This document shows, one piece after another, positions 19,383-26,725 of a stretch of DNA of 64,000 bases. The translations under genes were made by a program, and so were the position numbers. The stretch lies in assembly GCA_964636285.1 (NCBI GenBank), contig CAZWQF010000005.1, positions 19,167-83,166 of the forward strand. Reading direction: 5' to 3'. Numbering within the stretch: the first letter of the stretch is position 1; each line of letters opens with the position of its first letter. The DNA comes from an uncultured Candidatus Saccharibacteria bacterium (GTDB taxonomy: Bacteria > Patescibacteriota > WWE3 > UBA101185 > 2-01-FULL-41-18). Under the pieces are notes generated by a model. The model had not been told where the DNA came from. It did not search any database and saw only the letters and a list, made by a program, of their open reading frames with translations.

Positions 19383-20602
19383 GTATTTTTGAGATATTTG
19401 AAGAAAGCATTTTAGTTTTAAGAACAAATAAGATGAGAACGGGACTGTCAGCGCTTGGAATTATTATTGGAATTGCTTCTGTTATAACTTTAATGAGTTT
19501 AGGATCTGCAAGTCAGGCAAGCATTAAACAAAGAATTCAAACATTGGGATCAAATCTTTTGACTGTAAGACCTGGTTCGTTTCAACAGGGATTTTTGAGA
19601 GGGAACTCAGAAGGAGGAAAAACACTAACCAATGAGGATGCAGTTGCTATTGCTACTTCAAATAGAATAACAACAGTAAATTCAGTTGCCATGGAATATT
19701 CGTCAAGATCTCAAGTTTTGTATTTGAGAAACAACACCAATTCGCAAATTATAGGAGTAACTGCAGGTTATGAGAGGCTTAGAAATATTGAGGTTTCTAA
19801 CGGTGCATTTATTTCTGAAACAGATAACACTACTCTTCAAAAAGTAGCGGTACTAGGATCAACAGTGACAAAAACTTTGTTTGGAGATGAAGATCCGTTA
19901 GGAAAAAATATAAGAGTAAATGGAATAACTTTTAGAGTGGTTGGGGTCACAAAAGAAAAAGGTGCATCAGGAGGTGGAGGTAATCCAGATGAGTCAGTTT
20001 ACATACCGCTTCTTACCGCACAGAAATCTTTATATGGAGTTGATTATTTAAGTACTATTTATGTTGAGGCAAAGGATGAGAACAGCATGGAGGGGGCAAG
20101 AAATCAAATAGGTTTTTTACTTTTAGAAAGACATAGAAAAGAAAAGGTAGAGGACGCTGACTTTTCTATCTTTTCACAGTCGGATATTTTGGAGACCGCA
20201 AATAGCATAACAGAAACCTTTACATCTTTATTAACTGGAATTGCTGCAATCTCGCTTATTGTTGGAGGAATTGGGATTATGAATATTATGCTTGTTACGG
20301 TAACGGAACGAACTACAGAAATTGGACTTAGAAAAGCTTTAGGGGCAAAAAAGAAAGCTATTATTCAGCAATTCTTGATGGAGTCACTTGTGCTTACTGT
20401 TCTGGGAGGTTTGGTGGGTATTCTTGTTGGTGTTGGTAGCTCCTACGCACTAACAAAGGCAATGTCACTACCTTTTACTCTTTCAGGCACATCTATTGGT
20501 CTTGCTTTTATTGTCTCTAGTTTAATAGGTGTTGTGTTTGGGTGGTACCCTGCACAAAAAGCATCTAACTTACAGCCTATTGAGGCTTTAAGATATGAGT
20601 AA
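19379..20602 (+). CDS. ABC transporter permease, FtsX/MacB family.
   Basis: One N-terminal TM helix, a large extracytoplasmic MacB-type domain and a C-terminal FtsX four-helix bundle. It overlaps the ATPase gene by 4 nt. Confidence 0.8.
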   Translation: MSIFEIFEESILVLRTNKMRTGLSALGIIIGIASVITLMSLGSASQASIKQRIQTLGSNLLTVRPGSFQQGFLRGNSEGGKTLTNEDAVAIATSNRITTVNSVAMEYSSRSQVLYLRNNTNSQIIGVTAGYERLRNIEVSNGAFISETDNTTLQKVAVLGSTVTKTLFGDEDPLGKNIRVNGITFRVVGVTKEKGASGGGGNPDESVYIPLLTAQKSLYGVDYLSTIYVEAKDENSMEGARNQIGFLLLERHRKEKVEDADFSIFSQSDILETANSITETFTSLLTGIAAISLIVGGIGIMNIMLVTVTERTTEIGLRKALGAKKKAIIQQFLMESLVLTVLGGLVGILVGVGSSYALTKAMSLPFTLSGTSIGLAFIVSSLIGVVFGWYPAQKASNLQPIEALRYE

Positions 20603-20626
20603 TTTTTTGAGGGAGGTGAGTTTTAA

Positions 20627-20905
20627 ATGAGTACAACAAACAAAATAATATTAAGTATTTTGGCAGCTGTAATAGTGTCAGGACTTGCAGGTTTTTATGT
20701 GGGTAGGTATTACGAAAGAGAATCGTTCAGAAAAAACTTTGTTTCAAGGCAACAAAACAGAGGTAATGGTGGGGGAATGTTTAGGGATGGCGAGAGAGGT
20801 GGGATGGGCGGAGGTCAAAGAGAAGGTGAGGCAGGTAGGGGCGGTGGGATGATGAATTCAAATAATGCTGGAGAAAAGTCAGGAAGCACCGAAAGTGCAA
20901 AATAA
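20627..20905 (+). CDS. Small membrane-anchored Gly/Arg-rich protein.
   Basis: A 92-aa protein with a TM helix followed by GGGM/GERGG repeats. A strong GGGAGGTGA RBS sits 8 nt upstream. Confidence 0.45.
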   Translation: MSTTNKIILSILAAVIVSGLAGFYVGRYYERESFRKNFVSRQQNRGNGGGMFRDGERGGMGGGQREGEAGRGGGMMNSNNAGEKSGSTESAK

Positions 20906-20912
20906 GCGTCTG

Positions 20913-21932
20913 CTAATTTAGGGTAGTGAACCAGGAGATGAACTGTTTCCTGGTATCTGGGTTACTTCTGAATCCCATATGTTTTCCGGAGGGGTCCGCG
21001 ATAAAAATATCCACGATTCCTCCGGAGCCCTCCATCAATTTTCTAGCATTTTGAAATTGTTCACACATTTCTGTTCCCCATTCTTCATCTTTCATTCCGC
21101 AGTACATAAAAAAGTGGTGATTATTATAGGCACTGCTACCTAATGTTCCTGCATTAAGTTTTGAAAAAAATAAATCAGCCGAAGGATTTGCGCTTTTTGC
21201 TTCGATTTTACTATTTATTGGAATTCCTCCTGACATGTTTGCTGTTCCTGTAAACCAGTTTTTATCGTTTTGATCAAGATGTGTAACTTCATAGCTGACT
21301 GCTGATCCTCTACTAAAGCCGTGAAGTACATAAATTTGCGGGGTAATCCCCTTCTGAGTTTTTAGGTATTCTAAAACAGGATTGAGCGCACTCATTATTT
21401 GTGATGCTGTCATGTATGTTTTTGATTCTTTATTGAACCATTGGAGTCCAACTAATGTGTATGAGTGCTTTTGAGCTTCTGAAAGTTCATCCGCAACTTC
21501 ATAGTAGGCTTTTCCATCAGTGCCGTGCAGAAGAACAAGGAGCCTTGTTGGTTTGGTTTTAGGTTCCCAAACTACCGCAAATGTGTTTGGGTTTGAAATA
21601 TTTAAAACGTATGCTCCGGAATCTAAAAGTGTTTGTGCTTTTTTGTCATTTTCTGAGTAACCAAGGTTGTCCTTTGTAGCTTGGGTTATTGTTGCTTCCT
21701 GAGGTTTTGGTGTGGGAGAAGCTGTTGGGCTATTCGAAGGTTTAGGAGTTGTTGTAGTTGAATTTGGTTTTTGTAAAGAGGGTTTTTGAGAAAATTGTGG
21801 TTTAAATTTTGGTTCGCGTTGTTCTGGTAGTGGGTTAGCTTGATTTGATGATAAAAGATACCAGAATATAAGAGCTGTTGCCGTCAAGAGAATAGTTAAC
21901 GTTACAAAAATTAAAGTAAATTTTTTGGGCAT
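20913..21932 (-). CDS. Secreted or membrane-anchored alpha/beta-hydrolase (esterase/depolymerase-like).
   Basis: An N-terminal TM helix, a Pro/Thr/Ser linker and GxSxG (HGFSRGSA). An HGTDG segment resembles an oxyanion loop. Confidence 0.6.
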   Translation of the reverse strand: MPKKFTLIFVTLTILLTATALIFWYLLSSNQANPLPEQREPKFKPQFSQKPSLQKPNSTTTTPKPSNSPTASPTPKPQEATITQATKDNLGYSENDKKAQTLLDSGAYVLNISNPNTFAVVWEPKTKPTRLLVLLHGTDGKAYYEVADELSEAQKHSYTLVGLQWFNKESKTYMTASQIMSALNPVLEYLKTQKGITPQIYVLHGFSRGSAVSYEVTHLDQNDKNWFTGTANMSGGIPINSKIEAKSANPSADLFFSKLNAGTLGSSAYNNHHFFMYCGMKDEEWGTEMCEQFQNARKLMEGSGGIVDIFIADPSGKHMGFRSNPDTRKQFISWFTTLN

Positions 21933-21986
21933 ATTGTTTATTTATAAAAGATACATTGAATATCTAAGTTTCACAAGAAAAAGGGG

Positions 21987-22039
21987 TGGCCGCACGGAAA
22001 GAAATAAGCGTTGTTTTGCTTTTTTCGTCTCCGTGCGGC
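21987..22039 (-). terminator. GC-rich hairpin followed (on the minus strand) by a T-tract; candidate terminator of the upstream GC-rich gene.
   Basis: The arms ggccgcacgga and tccgtgcggcc form an 11-bp perfect stem around a 31-nt loop. On the minus strand the hairpin is followed by ACCCCTTTTTCTT. Confidence 0.35.
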
Positions 22040-22081
22040 CGTAGTACGAGGTTAGGTTAGTGCGGGGGGGGGGTTTGAGTC

Positions 22082-23251
22082 TTAGGGTGTAGCTACTTGA
22101 GCCTGAGCTGGGAACTTGATTGTTCCGAGCCACTCGCTCTCGCTAGCTTCACACCTCATAAAGAACACTTCGCCCGACTTAGGCATTTCACTTGACGCTC
22201 CATAGGGCTGTGAAATGCCCTTGCCAAGTGTGAAGACCTGGGTGTCCCCATCTGCAGTTACAAAGGTGACGGTGTCACCCGCGTAGATGGAGAACCAGGT
22301 GTTGACGGCGCTAGGCGTGGTTTGGATGGTATGGCCGTAAAAGCCTCCCATGTAGTACACCACACCAAACTTCACAAGCGTTGGAGCTCCACTTTCATCC
22401 AGGAACGTCTCGTAAACGGGGAATGTATTCCCGTTCTGGATCGTCAACGTTCCCATGAACTTCATGCCCTCCAGTGACTCCATGCTTGAAACCGCGGGGA
22501 TTGGGTTCACCGTGGTCGTTTTCTCAAGTTCCTCTGGAGGCTTTTGAGTCTTGGGAGGGGCTGGAGTTACCGGGGTGGGGCTTGGGGTTGCCGAAGGGGT
22601 CGGCGTGGGAGTGGACGTCTCCGATGGGGTGGGGCTTGGGTTTGGCGTCACGGTGGGCGTGGGTGTCTCTGACGGCGCAGGGCTAGGTGTCACCGTTGGA
22701 GGCTCCGTGGTCGGAGTTGCGCTGGGGTGAGCCGCGGTTGGAGTTGCACTCGCCGTCGTCGTAGGCTCGGCCGTGGCAGATGCCGTAACGGTTGGCGTTG
22801 CGGAAGCGGTGGGAGTGGCTGTGGCGGTGTGCGTTGCCGACGGTGTTTGTGTGGCCGTTGGGGGCACCGGAGTCTTCGTTTTGGTCACCGTGGGCAACGG
22901 CGTGTTGGTGATGGTTGGAAACGGGGTTGCGGTCTCAGTTGGCCGCTTCGTTTCTGTTACCACTTCCGTGGAAGTTGGGATCTCCGTAGCCGTAGGCTCT
23001 GGTGTGCCCGTCTCGCACGAAATTGCCTCCAACGTGGCGTTGCTTCCAGCATAAGCCGGAGCACACAGCACACCCATGGCCTTGCCAGTGGCAATAGCTG
23101 GGGCGAGTGCCGTGCCCACTTCCGCCGGCGCGTTCTCAGCCACATGCTGCGCACTGAGCTGAATACTAAAGATGCCAACGGCAAAAAAAGCCGAAAGCAC
23201 CACACTCGCCACAAAAGCAAAAGCCCTGTGGTCCAAAGAAAATTTGCGCAT
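22082..23251 (-). CDS. Secreted protein with a long Pro/Thr/Ala-rich linker and a C-terminal ~140-aa domain of unknown function. GC-rich and codon-atypical.
   Basis: A signal peptide (FAFVASVVLSAFFAVGIFS), TPTPS-type repeats and a perfect AGGAGG RBS 6 nt upstream. The codons strongly prefer G/C in the third position, unlike the neighbouring genes. Confidence 0.7.
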   Translation of the reverse strand: MRKFSLDHRAFAFVASVVLSAFFAVGIFSIQLSAQHVAENAPAEVGTALAPAIATGKAMGVLCAPAYAGSNATLEAISCETGTPEPTATEIPTSTEVVTETKRPTETATPFPTITNTPLPTVTKTKTPVPPTATQTPSATHTATATPTASATPTVTASATAEPTTTASATPTAAHPSATPTTEPPTVTPSPAPSETPTPTVTPNPSPTPSETSTPTPTPSATPSPTPVTPAPPKTQKPPEELEKTTTVNPIPAVSSMESLEGMKFMGTLTIQNGNTFPVYETFLDESGAPTLVKFGVVYYMGGFYGHTIQTTPSAVNTWFSIYAGDTVTFVTADGDTQVFTLGKGISQPYGASSEMPKSGEVFFMRCEASESEWLGTIKFPAQAQVATP

Positions 23252-23648
23252 TGTTTTCCTCCTTTGCGCTTTCCTTCGCTGTAATCAGCACTTGCTTTAG
23301 GCTTTAGGGGTGGTCCCTTTTTGCCATGCTGATTCAAGCTTTTTTTACCCGATTATCCCCGGGTTACTGGGGGTTGTTTTTAACCTAACCTCGCTTTTCA
23401 AAGTTCGTGCAAGATAAAAGCGAGAGGGTTGCGTAGCAAATAGAAACTAAAACCAAAATTAAAAGCTCATTAAGCTTAAAGCAGGTTCCTATTAAATTTT
23501 TAAATTGAATATTAAATTGTAGTCTCTATTTGCTACTTAACGCTCTCTATCGATAAGTTGCACAATTTGTACCCTAGTTTGATTGTTGTATCAACTAAAA
23601 GTACTTGTGGAGTATATCAGAAAAAGGCCAAATGGTCAATATTATAGG

Positions 23649-25103
23649 TTACTTCTTGGAATCGGTTTTTTCAATATCAAGGGCAACATTTACAGCATTT
23701 TCAACCCCAACAAGCTTTATTTTCTCCTCTAAGACAAGCTTTACCGGTATGATTACAGATTCATTTTGGTTGGATACATCTATAACTTCGGTAGGTATTT
23801 CCTTTGGTGCAGGAGTTCCTTGAGGTACAAGAACCTCAACCACGTCTGGAGTTACGGCTGTGTTCTTAAGCTCAGTGCCTTCAGGAGTTTTACCCTTTAT
23901 TTTTGCAGACACAGGGATTGATTGAGTGATGTATTTTTCCGAAGAAACCAAAATCACATTCGGTTCAAAATGTACAAGGCTAGTTCCTGCCGGAATAGTA
24001 ACATTTGATTTTGTAAGATTAATTTTATTAAGTCCGCTCTTAACATCGGAAACATCTACATCAATTTTTATATCCCCATCGGAAATCGCAGCAAAAATAG
24101 ATTCTCCTCTTCCCTTTAGAGATACTGAAACCTCCTTTGGACTAAAGTTTTCAATAATTGTATCTTTATTGAGTTTTTCAAAAGTGACTGGGATAGTGTA
24201 CTTTTTTTCTACAATACCCGCTTGATACGCAGAAAAAAACCATACAATCGAGGCCAAACCTACTGAACCCACCTTATACTTTAAATTATGCTTAAAAAAT
24301 CTTAAGAACCATCTTTCCTGCCTATTCGCAAATTTTGAATTAATAAACTTTTCTACTTCTTTTTCGAGTTCCGAAAATTCAATTAATGTTTTCATTTTCC
24401 CGTCACGGCAAATTGAGATTTTCCCTTTTTCCTCCGACACAACAATACACATAACATCGGTTTCTTCAGAGAGTCCAAGTGCTGCACTGTGTCTTGTTCC
24501 ATGTTTTCCAATTTCTTTAAAATTTGTGGAGAGAGGTAGATGAACACCAAACGCATGTATTCTATTGTTATTAATAATTAATGCCCCATCATGTCCTTCC
24601 GAATGAGGGTCGAATATGCTCAACAAAACTTCCTCTGAAATTACGCCGTCAAGTGAAACCCCGCCCTCTAAAAACCTATCAATGCTGTCCTTCCCTTGGA
24701 TTGCAATTAATGCACCGGTTTTGCTCTGAGCCATTTTTACACAAGCCTGTACAATTTCTGTGGTGGTAGGGGATTTTCTTTCCGCTTTTATCTGCCTTGT
24801 TCCAATCAGGCCTATTAGCTCAAGGTATTTTCTAATCTCGGTTTGAAAAACGATTGCAATTATTAGTACCGAAACTCCAGCTAAGTATCTCAGTGCCATT
24901 AAAGTCAGGTATAGATTAAAATTTCTGGCAATAATATACAGAATAAAAGAAAACGAAAGTCCCACAAAGACAAAGTAGTTTTTTGAGGTCCTCAAAAATA
25001 GCACAAGAGAGTATATAAACAGTGCAGTTATAAAAATATCAAGGAAATCAGTTGTATATAAGCTGCCTTTCAGTTCCAAAAGGCTCATTAGTATTTCATT
25101 CAC
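23649..25103 (-). CDS. cdaA: Diadenylate cyclase CdaA fused to a YbbR-like (CdaR-type) C-terminal region.
   Basis: Three N-terminal TM helices and a DAC domain (TGALIAIQG ... DGALIINNNRIHAFGVHLP ... GTRHSAALGLSEETD). This is followed by an extra TM helix and ~200 aa of YbbR-like beta repeats. GTG start. Confidence 0.8.
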   Translation of the reverse strand: MNEILMSLLELKGSLYTTDFLDIFITALFIYSLVLFLRTSKNYFVFVGLSFSFILYIIARNFNLYLTLMALRYLAGVSVLIIAIVFQTEIRKYLELIGLIGTRQIKAERKSPTTTEIVQACVKMAQSKTGALIAIQGKDSIDRFLEGGVSLDGVISEEVLLSIFDPHSEGHDGALIINNNRIHAFGVHLPLSTNFKEIGKHGTRHSAALGLSEETDVMCIVVSEEKGKISICRDGKMKTLIEFSELEKEVEKFINSKFANRQERWFLRFFKHNLKYKVGSVGLASIVWFFSAYQAGIVEKKYTIPVTFEKLNKDTIIENFSPKEVSVSLKGRGESIFAAISDGDIKIDVDVSDVKSGLNKINLTKSNVTIPAGTSLVHFEPNVILVSSEKYITQSIPVSAKIKGKTPEGTELKNTAVTPDVVEVLVPQGTPAPKEIPTEVIDVSNQNESVIIPVKLVLEEKIKLVGVENAVNVALDIEKTDSKK

Positions 25104-25162
25104 GGCAATATTTTAACAAGTATGAGCTTGGATTGGTAGGATGTATCAATTATTGTTGAAGG

Positions 25163-25810
25163 TTAATTTAATTTATCAACATGTCCAACTAATGTAGTTT
25201 CATCTCCATTTACCACAATACCGCCATTGTCATAACATCCGTAAACAGTATTTTTTGTTACTTTTAAGTAGGGCTCTATATCTTTAAGTTTTTCTTTTGT
25301 AAAGTGGGGGAAGAATTCAAAATCCACTAGAGAAAGACCTGAAAAGTCTATGACTTGTGCCTGGTTATAATTTTTATAATCCCCAAGTGCCCTATGAAAG
25401 TACGCGGTAACCTCAACCGAAGGGGTCATAACCATAGCACCGGCACTAGCACCAATTAATACTTTTCCCTCAGATTTTGCAAAGTTAATAAGAAAGTTCA
25501 AGATATTTTTGTTTTTGATGTTGTTTAAAAGTGTGAAAGTTTGTCCCCCAGATAGGTACACAACATCAGACTCGGTTAGAGCATTCATTTTGCTTGGGTC
25601 AAATTCTGAATCAATATCAAAATACTCAAAACTTGAGAACTCAAAATCAGCAAAATACTCCTTGGCTATGTTGAAGTAATGCCTAGAAGGGTCTGAAGCT
25701 GATGGGATATACGTGAACTTTAAATTTGGTGCAGTTAATAGGCCTTTTACACTTAAGTCCATCTCTTTATTAAGTTCTTTGTTAAGGGTGCTGTAGAAAG
25801 CTAGTTTCAT
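25163..25810 (-). CDS. Peptidase S51 family (dipeptidase E/cyanophycinase-like).
   Basis: A GGQTF motif and a GxSAG nucleophile motif (LIGASAGAMVM). 215 aa. Confidence 0.6.
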   Translation of the reverse strand: MKLAFYSTLNKELNKEMDLSVKGLLTAPNLKFTYIPSASDPSRHYFNIAKEYFADFEFSSFEYFDIDSEFDPSKMNALTESDVVYLSGGQTFTLLNNIKNKNILNFLINFAKSEGKVLIGASAGAMVMTPSVEVTAYFHRALGDYKNYNQAQVIDFSGLSLVDFEFFPHFTKEKLKDIEPYLKVTKNTVYGCYDNGGIVVNGDETTLVGHVDKLN

Positions 25811-25823
25811 GTGATTTTTAATT

Positions 25824-25897
25824 TGGCTGGGGAGCCTGGATTTGAACCAAGATATACGCCTCCAGAGGGCGCAGTCCTACCGTTAGACGACTCCCCA
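25824..25897 (-). tRNA. tRNA-Gln (anticodon CTG), with CCA encoded.
   Basis: A cloverleaf was folded by hand. Acceptor stem TGGGGAG/CTCCCCA; D-arm GTCT-AACGGTA-GGAC; anticodon arm GCGCC-CTCTGGA-GGCGT; T-arm CTTGG-TTCAAAT-CCAGG; discriminator G plus CCA. Confidence 0.8.
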
Positions 25898-25939
25898 ATA
25901 AATTAGCAGATGAATTTTAACATAAGGGGCTTTTAGGTA

Positions 25940-26131
25940 CTATTCAGGCACTTGTTCGCTGGTTTCCGCTTGATTTTGAGCAGACTGATCGCCATCGTCG
26001 GCTGTGGGCTTTGCCTCCTCTTCCGAAGCACCATTTTTGTACTCTGAGTAGTTTTTGTAAAAATCTATTGCACCAAAGGAAAAGGTAGCAATGATGGCCA
26101 AAATGGCAAGTATTTTCTTTATCATAGCCAA
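25940..26131 (-). CDS. Small secreted or membrane protein with an acidic tail.
   Basis: A 63-aa protein with an N-terminal hydrophobic helix and an acidic C-terminus. The call rests on the ORF only. Confidence 0.3.
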   Translation of the reverse strand: MAMIKKILAILAIIATFSFGAIDFYKNYSEYKNGASEEEAKPTADDGDQSAQNQAETSEQVPE

Positions 26132-26212
26132 TTAAATCCTACCACTGGACTCTCAAAGCAACAAGGAAAAGCTGTGCTTTCCTATTTTTGCCTATCTTGG
26201 TACTATTTACTC

Positions 26213-26725
26213 ATGAAATCTCATAAGCACAAGGAACAAAGAGTAGGGGTTTTTGTTGATGTGTCCAACATGTATTACAGCGCTAAAAACCTTTACGGAG
26301 CAAAGGTGGATTTTAGCAAGGTTTTAAGACAAGCAGTTTCCAACAGAAAACTAATAAGAGCCTTTGCATACGCCATTAAAGCCGATGTTGGTTCAGAAAA
26401 AGACTTTTTTGATGCCTTGTCCATTCAGGGATTTGAGGTCAGGACAAAAGAACTTCAGGTTTTTGTTGATGGTGCAAAAAAAGGCGACTGGGATGTAGGG
26501 CTTTGCATGGATGTAATTAGGCTTATGGATAAAATTGATGTGATGGTTTTGGTATCTGGTGATGGGGATTACATAGATTTATTAGATTATTCGGCTAGTA
26601 GGGGAGTTAGAACTGAGGTCATTTCATTTGGTAGAAATTCATCTAGTAAGTTAGTAGACAGAGCGGATGACTTTGTGGACATGGATAAAGCCCCTTCGCT
26701 GTTTTTGATCAGGAGTCGTGAATAG
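26213..26725 (+). CDS. NYN-domain (LabA-like) protein; a putative RNase.
   Basis: Sequence resembles the LabA/NYN family (VGVFVDVSNMYY ... GDWDVGLCMDV ... MVLVSGDGDY). The start was moved to the ATG at 26213. Confidence 0.6.
   Translation: MKSHKHKEQRVGVFVDVSNMYYSAKNLYGAKVDFSKVLRQAVSNRKLIRAFAYAIKADVGSEKDFFDALSIQGFEVRTKELQVFVDGAKKGDWDVGLCMDVIRLMDKIDVMVLVSGDGDYIDLLDYSASRGVRTEVISFGRNSSSKLVDRADDFVDMDKAPSLFLIRSRE

Noticed and set aside
22474-23337. ORFs 22474..22686 (+), 22727..23284 (+), 22773..23054 (+) and 22957..23337 (-) in the GC-rich region.
   Set aside because: Their Arg/Cys/Gly/Trp- or Gly/Val/Ala-rich translations are the expected shadow-frame products of a PT-repeat GC-rich gene. The minus-strand secreted protein with signal peptide and RBS is the real gene.
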